Source: Trichoplax adhaerens
Lineage: Eukaryota; Animalia; Placozoa
DNA: 64,000 bases
Assembly (NCBI RefSeq): GCF_000150275.1
Contig: NW_002060946.1
Location: 1,111,562-1,175,561, forward strand
Reading direction: 5' to 3'
Shown here: positions 33,562-48,633 of the stretch, in pieces
Layout: the number at the start of each line of letters is the position of its first letter
How positions within the stretch are numbered: position 1 is the first letter of the stretch
The notes under the pieces: generated by a model
What the model was told of the DNA's origin: nothing
The model's input: the letters and a program-made list of their open reading frames with translations, nothing else
The model's database searches: none
Position numbers and translations under genes: made by a program

Positions 33562-36500
33562 TCATTGTTGAGCAATTTGCTTGCTTAACTTTTCCATATT
33601 ACTTTTGAGAACTCCATTCATTGGGTTCAATATGTATGCCTTTTCGTAGAATTCTTGAGCTGTTTTTAAATCGTTCTGTAATTTAAAATAGTTAAAATAT
33701 AGAATTTAGAATAAGTTACAATATTCTGATTTTCGAATTAAAAAGTGATCGATGTTGATGTTATCTACCTGTATATGTCTAATTACGCCAATGTGCATTA
33801 GGGCACTAGCATGTCGAGGATTATGTCTGACACATTTCAGATAACTCTATGAGAAGGAAGAGAAATTTAAAATTGTAAGTCATTTTTAATTAATGGTAGC
33901 CTGTTTAAGCTCAAAAATGTCGTAGCTCTATTATTCTCATGCAATATGACCCGATAGAAAATATATGGCATAGATGCTGTACCTCTTCTGCTTCATGATA
34001 TCGTTGAAGATCTTTTAACGCTTCCCCTCGCAAGAAGTGTAAATCAGAATCATTTGTGAATGTTTTTAGAGCTTCTGCTGTAATTTTCAATGACTTAAAA
34101 GAATAAAAATGGCTATGTAAGTTAATAGTGATGTAATCGAAAACTTTAATTCCAACAAATATAAGCACAAGATGTGGTTTTAATGCAAATTATTCCACTA
34201 TTACCTCTTGTGGATGCTTGTTTACAGTTAAAACGCTGGCTAATAGTTTACTTGGCTCCAGTTCATAGTTGGTGTTTTTGAAAACAGTTATCATATTTCT
34301 TAATTTGGATATGGCTTCCTTCGTCTTTCCTAAGTTGGCTAGACATTGGCTCTAGGGACGTTTACAAGTGAATAGTTAATCAAAAGTTGAGATCCATCAA
34401 TTAATTAATTGTAAGAGCAATACAGCGCTATATACTCTAAAAACTTACGTAGGCTAGGTTAAAATCATATCTTTTGGGACGTTGATGTATGGCATCCTCT
34501 AGTACAACTGCGGCTTCTTTATAGCGTTTATGATCCAAAAGTAAGGTAGCTAGATAGTATAATGTCTCTGGACTACGTTCAATATCTAAGGCTCTATTAA
34601 AATATGTGAGTAAACCAATATTAATACACACTTAACTAGCAAATCTATTAAATTAAGTTTGCTAAGTAAAATTTAATCGTATATTTTCAGTAATGAAGAT
34701 TAAGTTTTATACACACTTAATTATCATACCTTCGGTAGTGTTTCTCTGCCTGATCATTTTGGCCAAATTTTCGTAATAGCCTCCCTTTGTTTACTATTGC
34801 AACATGATGGGCTGCATTAAGGCTTATAGCCATATCATAAGATTTTATCGCATCATGCTGACGCCCTATAAGGAATTTTATAGTTAGCAAAAAGCGTGAA
34901 ATATTTCGTTGATATACATCTATAATAATACTAATTGAAAAGACATCATTTGTGATACTGTCTGAAATGGTACGACAAGAATTATTACGCTTGCAAGTGA
35001 TAATAACATTAAATAAAGAATAGAGTTAGCTGTTGCCTTTTGCTAATACTAAAGTAGCTATTTTAAAAATGATAGCAGATACTGATTTCTTTAGAAGTTC
35101 ATTTAGAATTTTAAGGTATCGTGTAGGAAATTAACTATAGAATCGCAAAATTTACTGATATGATCAATCGCTACAATTGAATTACAAGTAATTGTTCGAA
35201 ACCTAACCTAGTTTTGTTAAGTGGACTCCATAATTATTATAAACATCTGCGGAACGAGGAAATTTACGAAGCATTTTCTCAAATAGTTTTGATGCTTCAT
35301 CCATCCTATCCATTTCGCCAGTTGATGCTGTCAGAGATATCCAAGGACCCTCAAAAGAATCTTCAATACTATCCAGCATGATCATAATGTAACAAAATAA
35401 TTTTTTGATATTACAACTAATTTTCGACAGATGTAAATGAACAACCTTGTTTTTTTTAATTTGAAAGTACCTAATGGCTTTCTTAAACATCTCTACAGCT
35501 TTGATTAATTTTCCCTTCCGTCTTTGAAATCAGATCGCGATCAATAAAATTGATTAGTTCGATAGTAATTAAAGAATTCTGACTTACATAGTTATTCGAT
35601 GGTAAATCTTCTTGGACTTAAGAAAATTTAAATTAATTTAGTCTACCTTAGTAAATTCCCGTAATTAAAGTAAGCTCTGGCGTGGTATGGATTATGGAGG
35701 ATGGCTTTTTGATATAATTCTTCTGATTCCTAAAATATCCATAATTAAATATTGTATATAATGAAAATGATAGGGAACAGATCAAACAGAAAATCTTTAC
35801 TACTAAAGACTACAAATGTTTTAAACATCTATAAAATTAAATTGCAATAACTATAACTCTATTTTACCTTTTCATCTAGAGTTATTGTTGCTAAATTATT
35901 GCTTGAACTGGCATGATCGGGTGCAATCCTTAACAGAAAATAAGTATTAAAATAAGAAAGAAAATAGTTATCAATCTATAATGTAGATTCATAAATAGCT
36001 GAACATACCTTAAAGCAGTTTTATAAGCAGTTGCTGCTTCTTGTAAACGATGATGATCTTTTAAGTAGTTAGCGTAATTATAATAAACTTTAGCATTATT
36101 GGGTACGACTTCAATTGCAGACCTTAGAAAAGAAAAGAAATAGAAATTAATTAAAATATAGCTATAGCTACTAAATAATCAGGAGGTGAGATTGCTTTAT
36201 TTAGTAAATGCATAGTCTCAATACCGTAAAACTATACATGTAAACCGATACGTTATTGATCTTATGATGCATGTATTGAGAAGATTAAGCTATACTAAAT
36301 TGATAAACAGCATAGAATTGAGGACGAACAATTTACATTTATGAATATACATATACACATACTATTCTTACCGGAATAGTGACTCTCTCGTTTTCCAAAC
36401 GTTATTGCGACTAACAGTTCTGCAAGAAAAGATGATTAGCCAAGCATAGACGAGGATGCCCAGAGTCAGCTTTAACTTGTAAGATAGTCTGGTTGCCCAA

Positions 36501-39500
36501 TTGGATAGTTGATTTAATCCTAGTACCACTATTATGCAAAACCCCATACTAAAAAATTGAAGAATTAATAGTTGGAATGGATTGCTTAAGTAACGCAGAA
36601 GCTAAACTGAGAGTTATAAATTTATTGTACCTAGGAAGATAGAGAACTCTTTCGGCCACAACAAAGCCAACAGGAAAGAAGAGATTTAATGCTGGGATGA
36701 AAGGGATAACTAATAAAGCGAATCCAATAGTAAGGGCTTGACTTTCATTATCTTTCTGAATAAAAGAATGAGAAAAGTTAAAATTAATCCAGTACTCTAG
36801 TTAAACGATTACTCTTAAAAGATTAATTAAGGATCTACGCAGACTTATAAGAATAATAGAGGCATAAACTTACCTGTTGAAATTTTAAGAATGATGAGGC
36901 TAGGCCAGATAAATTGTGCATTAACCATAAATAAAAGCATAATGAGTAAAAATTACGTATGTCTGTTGGCTTTTCAATTAATGGAATTGAACCCATCTGC
37001 CAGTCGTAACAAAGATCGCGAGGATATAGTAACAACCAAAAATTAAACGCAGGTAAGTAACTCAATGTCATAACTCGAGTTAGACGCTGTTTTGCAAAGA
37101 TAGCTGGGTTATCATGTTGGCTAAAATTTGGCAGTTGGCCGTTCATAATCCATACACGAAAGGACATTAAGGCAATCAGCTGTAATTAAAGAAATAGTAT
37201 TTAAGCATTACTAATTGAGCTACTTTAAGTGTGGTAAGCATTGTCAGTATAAAAAGTATCTATTGAATTAATATATATGTATTCTATCTTGTATTAGAAG
37301 TCATTACATAGACTGCCACCAAACCAAATCGCCACATTAGAGAAGATCCATGAAGTTTTAAATAATGGCTATCGAAATGATATAAGCATCTAATAGAAAT
37401 TAAAAATCATCATTGGATGGGAACCTTATCTGTGATTTTTGTAATAGAAGTTATTTTAAATTTTTGATTGAGGATATAACGTCTTTTCTACATATTTTTA
37501 TTATAGAAAGTTACGACAGTGCTATAAAAAGTACAAGAATAAAATTTAAAATAGACGTTTATAAAACTATCTATCTAATACATTATTGTTAAGAGTAGTA
37601 CTGATGCGTAGATATGAATTAATTAATATACATGTATAAGGTTCACATTTAAGCTTTATTGACGCGATAATGACGGAAGCATCTATCTAATTATATTTAG
37701 TTATTTATGATATCATTGGTATTTTACGTTAACAATATCCTTCATAATAGAATACGATAGTAAATATGATGGTACATTATGAATATTAGTCCTGTAACTA
37801 GACAAAATATTGTTTAACATACCTTCGAAAACCTTTTCTAGAAGCTACAGCAACATCGTAAGCCATACAAACCGCAATAACTGTAATACCTTGTTCTTTA
37901 CTTAGCATCGCCACAAATGTAAAAATAAAACAATATAATAATTCTTTGATTGAGGTAGTCTTTGCAAACTCATCCTGTCAATAAAAATTAGTCAGAATGA
38001 ATAGAAATTAACCCTCTATTTACTATATAATTCATGTGTTCAGTTTATCGATACATTGCCATTAATACCTTCATAAATAGATAATAGTAAAAATTAGATA
38101 ATCACTACTGTTACTAGCATAAAAGGCTTAAGTTATGGATAAATTATTTACCAACATGTAAAGATTTATATTTAAGATGAGTGCAAGAAAGTAATTTTAT
38201 TATAAAATTTAAGAATATAAATGGCCGCTTTTGTTTATTGAATAAGAGTTTTATACCCACGGTATACTGTAGTTTATAACTAAAATTCAATATTTATTTT
38301 TCGAAAATGCCAAGATGGCTTATTATTGCAAGAAAAGGATAAAGGTGGGCTAACGAATCAATTTAGTCTTTAATTCAAAATAATTATTAATAGTACGATC
38401 TAAGTTTTACTGACTAGAAGAGATCAAATATGCTAATGTAGATTAATTTCGATTTATACATCAATTTCAAATTGTATATTCTGTATAACGTGTAAAACTA
38501 CACATAGTCTAATACTATAATCTAATGCATCCAACGAGTAGAAACTATATTTATTCTGCCTAATCGGTAATAAAATAATACTTATTGATAATATAAATTA
38601 CAACAGTATGTATATTTGTAAAATAAAGCTAGCTAGATGAAATAGATTTTGTTATTATATGTAGCAAACTATTATTCCAAATTAGGGCCCTACAAATAAT
38701 TACAACGTGTACTGTACTGTAGACAAATATATAAGAACGATATTTATCCGCGTCTAAAAATTAAGTAAATGATACACTTTTCCCAATCGTCCTAATTGAT
38801 TGTACTACTCATTCATTGTAATTCTGACATAAATGGTAAGTTCAAAAGACTAAGGAACACTTAATACCAACGGTTTGCCTCTCATTTTGTAAACATCCTC
38901 TCCTTTTCATTGAAAAGAAGTTGGTATTGTATCATGTCTATGATCAGCGACCTAAATACTTTATAAATATGGAATACACTTCTACAACTAGAATATTAGT
39001 GCTTTAACTACTTTGTAGTGATTACTACTTTGAGCTTATTCCTTTCTCTTCTAGGATAAGTCTTTGCCGTTACAGATAGTATCTCTATAACTATATATGC
39101 AGACGATTTTAAATAAATTTCCATCTAGCTGTATAGCTTAAAATATAGCCAAACTTATCATCATATTATAATAGCAATCATTCATTATCGGTCAAATGTA
39201 GTATTGCACAATCATAATTCAATAGAAATGAGCCAAATTAGATATGATGAGGCGATTAAGTCAATAAGAGTGTGTATCCATTTTTCAGGGGACGATATTA
39301 ATCAATTATAAAGAAATATTTAGCAACTAAATGAAACTGTTATTATTGGAAAAATAAATATCTAACGCTGTTAATGGATCAAAATTATCTCAATGTCAAA
39401 TTAAATAACATACTGATATTAAGAAGAACAATAATTAATCGTCCTCACTATACGTATACTTTAGCCTACCTTAGAGATCTTGTCGTTTTTCAAGCCAACA

Positions 39501-42500
39501 CATCTGTGCAAATAAATGAGATAAAATAATAATATTCAAGGCAAATACGATTAAAAGCCTTACTATTGTTTGCATTAAATTATCAAGAAGCTATCAGCGT
39601 CTTGTGACTAGAGCAATAAATAAGGTTAAGATATTGATTTAGATCGCTTGCATAAAATGATTCTTCTTATTACTATTGATTTTTAACTACTAGCTAAAGT
39701 GAGATTTAATTCAACTGGGGCATTTATAGTAATCAGTAGAATTAATGTATTCTCAGTTTCTTAACTACTGACTATTGGCATACTATCGATAGTATAGAAA
39801 TTTTGTCATATACTTTTTTAACAATGTTATAATTTTCCTAGCGATTAATGGATTTCGTAGAAGGTAATCTAGTATCTGTAATTACATCATCGACAATTGG
39901 AAGCTATTCTATCAATCATGACAAATAGACATCTTTATATTGACAAGGCATTCATATGTGTTTAACTATTGGTCAATGCTTCTGGGGAAAGCATTTATGT
40001 TCGGTCCCAGTAGGAAGTCTATTGCCTTCGGCACCCTGTCGGGAATTGGCTTTAAGTCTAAATCGTGGATAACCTTATTATAGATACTATTCCTTTACTA
40101 TCGGAAGATCTGTAAAAATCTACTGATGTTATTCTATCGTAGATTTAACAGAATCTATGGGATAAAACGCTGGATGTACTATAAGCTTTCCTCAAAGTAA
40201 TCGTAGAGCGGATAAGACTATCTGGCTAGTTAGGATTAATCTATTCTAATGATCACCAAGAAAGATTAACGTTAGGACAGTATTGGATAGGAAATTAAAA
40301 AATTTTGGGGCTTAACATAATCTTAAGCAGATTTATAGTTGGCATTAATAAGTCTAAAGGTTAATAACATGATATAACATACTGTAGGCTATTACTTACT
40401 TGGCATACGTATAGAATGCTAATAGAAAGAATAAACACGATAAGATTTCTGCCCTTCCGACGATTCCGGCCACCTGGTTAGTCGTCAATAATCAAAAGGA
40501 TGATATTTGAATAATATTGCTCACGGAATCATTTAAACATTAGCCAATAAAGTGCAAATATCATGTCGAGTTTAATTTAAATTTTTTTTTTGCATGATAA
40601 TACATTATATTCAATTAAGATAGAGTAGTTATTGTCATTTCAACAGACGGTAAAAAGTTTTTCTAATTACATTATTCGACTGATCAGCTGGAGAGTAACT
40701 CTATCGCATTATCCAAGCAGTTATATCGTTTTCAATATAATCTTGTACGTAAAATTAGCAACAAATAAAAATGAATGGATCAAGGTAAGAGCGATCATCT
40801 TCTATATCGTATTGTTATTGCAATTAAGAACTGGCGCCATCGCTAATTTAGTTTGACAATAATATTATAATCAACATGGTCGCCTTGATCTATTCTGATT
40901 CTACGTGACTGATTCATTGATTATGTTATCCACGCTGAATTGTTGGTTTGTATTAAAACAGTTTTTGATCAATTTATACAGACATGATTGTCTAGTTAAT
41001 GGATGGTTTGCTAACAATAAAGACTTCCAAAACTCATTCTTTTAATAGCTTAGTCTAAATTACTACTTTAGTTGATATCCCTTTAGAACAAAAAATTTAA
41101 AATATTTTTATAAGTTAGCCGGGATTTTTTTTCGGAGATTGTATCAAAATTTCGACAGGATTTTACCGTTAAGTACCCTACTAAACGCATGACCTTAACG
41201 ATACTAGCTAGAGTTACGTACGAATATATGATTGATTACGGACAATCCTGACAGTTAATCTTTTTCTTTTTAAGGTTTGTGTTAAGGGAGTCTTCGACGT
41301 ACTGCTGTACTGTTTTAGTAGATTTCAAGGCATCAGAAATTCAGTTAATTTACTGTATAGTAATACGGCAGCTGTAGCTGTATCAACAGGAATGAGCCAG
41401 CATGATTAACTTTAATGGCTAGTTTTTTGCTGATCACGTTATTCTGTTATACCTTTGTCAGGGAAATAAGCAGCTATTTTAATGAATATCTCAAGGAAGC
41501 TGTATGTTATTTGGCAGGTTTCCAAGCATAACATTGTTATTGTAAAATCTTCATTGAAAATTACATCAAAGTAAAGCAATAATAATATCGCGAATGCTAT
41601 CCTCCATCATGGAGTAGTGTTGTTTCCATGCCCAACTAAGCTGCTAAATTCTGTAATGATATTATAGCAACTAATTTATATGCAATATTGACTGCATTTA
41701 AGGGAAAAGTGGGATCTATTTTATATTGGATCTGTCTTATCTTTATGGTTATCTTGGTTTGTGGTTATATATGAGAACAAGTTATTTCTAGGTACTCTTT
41801 GCTAATAAGATTTCCATGAACTAGAAATACTTGCAGCCATCTTGATAATCCTATTATTGTGCTTGTTTAAGGTTTAGTAAGGAAATGAAGCATCGAAAAT
41901 ATTTCTAAAACATTACAAAATGACTTCTTAAGCACAATCGTATAAGTGTGCAAGGAAATTGATCACGATAATTTCCTAATTAGAGCTAAAACTTTAACTT
42001 TTGTACTGAGGAAATTTAATTTCATTGATTCTATCAAAGATTGAACGCCGAGACAAACGGCGAGCATATTCTCAGTACAGTCATGATTTATAGTATTCAA
42101 CGATAGATCAAGTTGCTATTAAACTGATTAATCATTCTGTAATAAATTGATACTATCACGGTTATGTTATGCCTAATTTTTGCACTAATTTCAAAAAACT
42201 TGATGCAAAAAGATAAAAATATATGATGGCTAGATCGAAACTTGGCACACTCATACATTGGCTATCCAACGTTGCTATCGAAGTATTATTTACGGATTCA
42301 ATTTAGCATTCATTCAGTAAAAAGGATCACTAGATAGAGAGTAGCTGTTTTTCAATATAGACAATTTTTCTATTATCGATGTGATTACTTTTGGGAATGA
42401 GAATATTCTGTGTTCTACCTACTAAAGGCAGTGTATGCTTTTAATGATAATCATGCAAGGAGATTGGTGCATATAATAAAGTATCGATTCTACATTTCAA

Positions 42501-44448
42501 TAATTAATCTGACAGCTGTAATGGGAGTGCTTTCCTTGTCCTTTAAACTATAGTAATTTTTGCGCGCCATCGCTAATTGCTTAAAGGGAGATCTTACTGA
42601 AACATTGGATAGATTATGAAACAGCTTTTCCAGATGTCTATCGATGCACACAAATGATAAACGACAATATCCTATTTCGGATATTATGATAACCTTGGAG
42701 ATTGGACAGGTTGAAATTAAAAAAGTCTAGGAATCAGTTTACTGGACTTTTTTGTGCTATTTGATTTAGGAATTAAGGTATTACCCTTCTAGATTAGGCT
42801 GGTTTGAGGTTATTAGACATAATGTGTGCGGCAAGATGAGAAGATGAAGCAAAATAATAATTATTTTATGTTGGTATCTTAAGCAAACAATAACAGCATG
42901 GGCAAATAAAGGAATAAAGCATAGGATGGATAACTGGATTACTAATATAGCATTTGAACAATGGCTAAAGTGTAGAATACAATATTATTGAAATGAATTT
43001 TTTCCCATAAAAAAAAATCACTATGCAACGTAGCCATTAAACGAGCGACTACAGTATTGAATACGCTATTTCTTTCAACGGGAATGATACTGTATAAGAA
43101 ATGAGTTTAATTGAGTTATGATAAGGAAAAATGAAGGAAAAAGCTTCATGTTTCGATAGTTGAATTGAAGCCTAAGGAACCCATTTTGATTCTGCACTTG
43201 GTGATGTTCCTATTTGACTAACGATAGTGAGAACTTTTAATATGGACTAGGGTGTGATATGAAAGGATTGAGTACAAGACGAATGGAATTTGTTATGTCT
43301 GCATAGAATTGATGTCCCAATTTTTTTATCTTTCAAATCAAAAAATTGCAAATGATTAAATTGAGCAGGAAAATAAAAGCAAAACGATTGTAAACGGTAG
43401 AAAATCAAAAAAAAGACAGCACGTATCGTTCGATGAGTAAAATATCTGACGATAGTTGCCCTTATGCTACATAATATGTAAAAATTAAATGCAAGATGTT
43501 AATGATTTCTATTTTCAAATCGGGTTGTCAATCTCTATCATCTCGATGATTATCGAGCTCTCTATCAAATTTAGGTTATTTTGTGTATATGTAATGCATC
43601 GATATTAATAGGTCTTTTATGTCGTTGAATAACAATTCTATCCACCTTAGTTCACTAGTAAAACATTGCTCAAAGTGATTATTACTTCGTTAAACAATAA
43701 CAGTAATCCTTTAGAATAACAATAACTTAACTGCTTCGGTATGGATAGGATGGACAGCGAAGAGGATAGCAGTTAGAAAAGCTAATTGGATGGACATTCG
43801 TAGCAAACGATGGCAGATAAAAAGGAATATCGAGCAAACCATTGCATGAAGAGCGATATTGACGATATGATAGCCATTAGGATGTAATCCATGCAGGTAG
43901 AAATTCCATCGAAATGTTGCAATGGTGAAAGGGCGATAAGATTTATGACTATTAGGGTTAGACATGGATGTCCCCCAAAAATCATGATGAAAAATTTGCC
44001 ACCAACTGGCATTACCAACAACATCTTGATTCTCGACAATGGCGTAGATATCATCATGAACCAATTGACCATCTAAACTATTGATATAGCATAAACAACT
44101 AATGATAAAAGTGAATCCAAGGCTAAGATAGAAGGATAATTGTGGTAGATAGGGTAGATAACATGGAATCAAGGGTGATAATCTATTGCTTTCATTAGTC
44201 TTTTGGCCATGGATAAAGGCTGAACATGATGAGCGATTTTTATGAGTTAATGTCGTTGTTGCTGTCGATGATGTCGTGTTTGTTGTTGCCGTTGTGTTGG
44301 CCATCATGGTATGATTAATTTTACTTGGTGTACTCGATGTTGGCTTGCCTTGAAGAATAGTCACTTGATGATGATGATGATTATGCGATAGCCATGATTC
44401 AATGGGCTGTTCACGTTTTTTAGGGCGAAAACGGGATGAAAACACCAT
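33562..44448 (-). CDS. TMTC1: Protein O-mannosyltransferase TMTC1 (GT-C membrane domain plus C-terminal TPR repeats)
   Basis: [32 protein letters not shown]|[34 protein letters not shown] (TMTC1-type), [17 protein letters not shown], then TPR exons ending ..KQIAQQ* at 33562. Includes a 34-nt micro-exon at 39470-39503 that is needed to keep the frame. Confidence 0.92.
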
Positions 44449-45976
44449 GATGGTGGCGATGTCAATGGATTAAGAATATTTGCTAATGCGATTATTCCTG
44501 CGGATTTATATTGTAATAATTGATTATGTTCTGTTCTGGCTTAACTCTTTTTTTTATCCTGGCGCTATACACGTGGTACATTGATGTTGATATAATGTAG
44601 AGGTGGATTCTATACATGTTTATTTTTCGGGTTAAATGATACAAAAGTTATCTAAATAAAACAAGTTGATTCTCTCTTCGAACAATATGACATTCCTTTC
44701 TTTTCAACTCTTCCCCGCAACGACGTCATATTATGTCCATATTTATTACGCATGATCTACGGATAAACCAATCAATCGCTTATTTGATGAATGGAAAATA
44801 GGAAAATTGAGTAATAATGAGTTGGGCAGGGAAGCAGAGATGTAAAATGATCAGTTTTATGTACTTACCATCAAAAGCTTGGATAAATACAAGATACAAA
44901 TATTCATCGCTACCGTAGCGAATAGGAAGAGTTAACGAGAGATTTCTATTACAGACTGGATAGATTAAGCGAGGGCATTTATCGTTTCGGTCATGATTTT
45001 ATTAGCAATTAGATAATACTGCTATTTTTATGAAAGGATCAATCATTTTTATCATCTATTTTCACTTCCATCTGCCTGTAAATGATATGTATCAAGTTGA
45101 GTTTGCTCTAGAGTTGCAAGTTATTGCAAGCTTTTGATTCCCATATGCTTCCTATCACGTTAACTTACGTATTTCTTGTTATCGTTGAATAACTTTCTAT
45201 TCAGTTGGATCATGTCTTTATTAATGGGAATAATAACGATAACAGCTATAACTTATAAGATGAATAAAATGATAATCAGTAGATATAGTATAGCAATTTC
45301 AACTGCAATAGATCAATACACCGTCATCATTTGTGGTAAGAACAATTTACCGTTGTTGAATCACGACAACGCGTTTGCTAGAAATGCTATCTATCAAAGT
45401 GATGTAATTAAGTAATCATTATAATGAGTAAGGTAAATGAATTTTGGCATCTTTTATTGCCATATCAATGCTAAGATAGAGTCTCAGGTTGCATTGTATG
45501 CTAGCTAGAACAATATATTATTTTAAATCTGAGTAAATGACCAACTTGATGTCATGAGATTGATATGGCCAGTCATGGAAACATAGCTAGTAAATTGCTC
45601 TGCAAGACATGGAAATTACAAAATTGAAGCTATCGATATCAAAAGTTAATGTCAATGTTATTTAACTTAAAAAGTTGCAATAGTTGGAGAAAGAACGGTC
45701 AAAGTAAATTAGATTATCGTCATCATTGATGTTCTAGGACACAATTCGGTATTTCATAAACAGGAACAAAGAAAAATATTTTAAATTCACCTTCAATCTG
45801 GCAGCTCAATTATTGATGAAAATTTGATTGTATCATAATACTTTAAGAATAGTAGTCATTTCCTATATTAAGATATCGAGTAAACGTGCGAACTAAATCA
45901 ATTTAGATTACTGTCCATAATAAAACGATGCTGTTAGATTGAGTCGCTACGTAAGTGTTTAATGCTAGGGGTAATA

Positions 45977-46890
45977 TTGAATTTCCATCAGGCGGTTTCG
46001 GATGAATGGGCCCACTACAATATGTTAAATAAATGGTAGCAAAATAGAACTACCTTATTACAGTAGGATAAGCTTAGGGTTAAACAAATGTTTTTGCCCT
46101 TTATATTCAAACAGTGTAAGCACAGCATAATGTAGTCATGGCTGAATACTTAATATCTAGTGCAAATGTAAGGATTACTATCTTAAAAAGAAAAGGCTGT
46201 ACATGTTGTGCTAGAAACATCTAAGTATGAATCATAACAACATAGAACACACAAATTTTGAATTTCCATCAGGCTAATTCAGATGAATAGGCCCAGTACA
46301 ATATGTTAAATAGATGATAGTAAAATAGAACTATCTCATTTCAATAGGATAAGTTTAGGTAGGAACAAATATCTTTGCCCATTATATTCAAATAGTGCGA
46401 GCAAAGCACAATGTCGTCATGGTTGAAAGTTTGTCTTTTGCTAATGTAAAGATTACCAACTTAAAGAAAAGGCAATAAATTTTATCTTTAAAAAAATCCA
46501 AGTATGGATCGTAACACCATAGCACACGCCAAAAATCACTTACATTATTGATAATTATTTGATCCTAGGCGCTATTAGCACTAATCGTGACATTAAAATT
46601 TTTGTACAAAAATTGTATGATGATGAGCTATAAGGTTAATGGTGTGTCGCTACATACACATTTTTAGCTCAACTGTTGTAATTTTAATATTTACTGACGG
46701 GGTTGGTACTTAAGTAAGCAAACCTTGGCATACGTGTATACGAATTGATACCCGAAAATCGCTTACATTATTGCTAACGATTTGATCTTTGGCACTGTCA
46801 GTGCTAATACTTACATTAAAATTGTTGTAAAATAAATTGTGATGAGCTTATAGGTTATTGGTGTGTCACTACGTTCGCATTTTTAGCTCT
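45977..46890. repeat. Two adjacent degenerate tandem duplications (~280 bp x2, then ~225 bp x1.6)
   Basis: ttgaatttccatcaggc...acaatatgttaaata at ~45977 and ~46258. aaaatc(a/g)cttacattattg and gatgagct...ggtgtgtc...catttttagctc start at ~46532 and ~46756. Confidence 0.85.
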
Positions 46891-48633
46891 GCTAGGTACC
46901 AACAACAAGTACACGTCTTAAATCGGCATATCAATCTTGATTTTGCTTTAGCCTTGGGGAAATATGTCATTTATTTTTTAGATTAATGGCTATAGTAACT
47001 AGCTTTTACTATAGTTGTGGTAATCCACAGAATCACAATCTAGCAACTATCCTAAAGCTATTAATAAGTCAACTAAGGACCAATGTTGTTATGAAATACA
47101 ATCTTAATTTTAATCTTAAGCTAAATATGAATTACAAGCATAAATGACTTTAAAATTTATAAAGTAAAACAATTAGATAGATTTATGTCTTAATTAGCAA
47201 ATTCTATACTCGTATGTTTTGATCTCGCAATGAAGTAACTAAATTAAACAGCTATTTCCTCTGATAGCAAAACCAATTGCGTGATAGGCTAACTTAGCTT
47301 TATAATATAGATAGCCTAAAGTATTTTTAACGTCTTCTTATTTCAGAAATTTCACTCAACATAGCGGTAGTTAGTTAATAAATATATCAGAATAAATTGA
47401 TCAGCCTTACTTACGCTATCTATAATTACTAAACAAGAAAATATCTCCTGGTTTTAGGAAGGTGATAGTACTGATTAAAAATAAAATTGATAGAGTGATA
47501 TGAATAGGAAACGTATCATTTCAGTTCTTCTAATGGTAAATGATGCAGAGCAATTTCCTATTATTATTACTACAAGATACATTCAGTAATAGATATAGAA
47601 GCGATTAGATATCTTATAACGACAGCGAAAGTTCATTTTAAACTTCAAAATGAGGCTAAGATAAGTTATATTTCGAAGAAGATTTTAATCGATTATGACT
47701 TCTAGAATTAGAGTGCAAGATCAAGAAGTGTAAATAACTTTAATAAGAAAAGTTTACAAATAGGGCTAATTAATATTCTTTAAATGTCAAAAACTTTAAG
47801 ATTCAGATTCAAAGGTGATAGAAAATAATGATTCTTGTAAATAATCCCAGATAAAATCTTACATAATGGAAAAATGATAAATCTAGCAACCACAATGCTG
47901 CTCGCTTTTTTAATATTTGGAGTTGTTTAATAGTGCATATAAGCCATTCAAAACTACATATAAGTATTAATACCCGTGATTTAGATTTAAAAATCTATCT
48001 ACTGAAAACGAATCAATCATAAATCTTGGTGATGCGATTAAAAAAATATTGTCCGGATTGACAAATGTCCTAATTTTAACTGATTGTCATACAATTCAAC
48101 TGTCTACTGACAGCCACGATAGAATATCCCATGTATTTTACTAATCTGGAGTAGTAATGAATATATGAGTGCCCAAAATAGAGTTCATTCAGGGCAAGAC
48201 AACATAATAAATTAGAAATATGAAAAATTATTCTTGATTAGACCATTGAATTTGTACCGTACCTTTCAATCTCCGAGTTTTATAGGCAAAAATGAATCGA
48301 AAATTAATTCTAACGTAGAATGATTGATATTTAAATTGAAAATAGTTCAAATCTGTCCAATAAATTAAATTATACTTGTATTTGATCTCAAACACAAGTA
48401 TGAATCTCAAGTTAAGGCTAAGCTTTACATACTATCATCCACAACCGATCAAATAAAAATTAGTGTAAGGTCAAGCTGTGGAAAAGATTGGCCACTTATA
48501 TTACATTATTGTCTTTGGATTAAGGATATCGCGAATTACTCTTCGGTTCTAATGTAAACGGATAGGAATAAATTATGCAGTGTCAATAGAGACCTTTAAT
48601 CTATACTATAGTTCTTAGGGGATCGAGAAAAAA

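Noticed and set aside
43782-44076. ORFs overlapping TMTC1 exon 1 in other frames or on the other strand
   Set aside because: By-products of GC-richer coding sequence; no independent signal.
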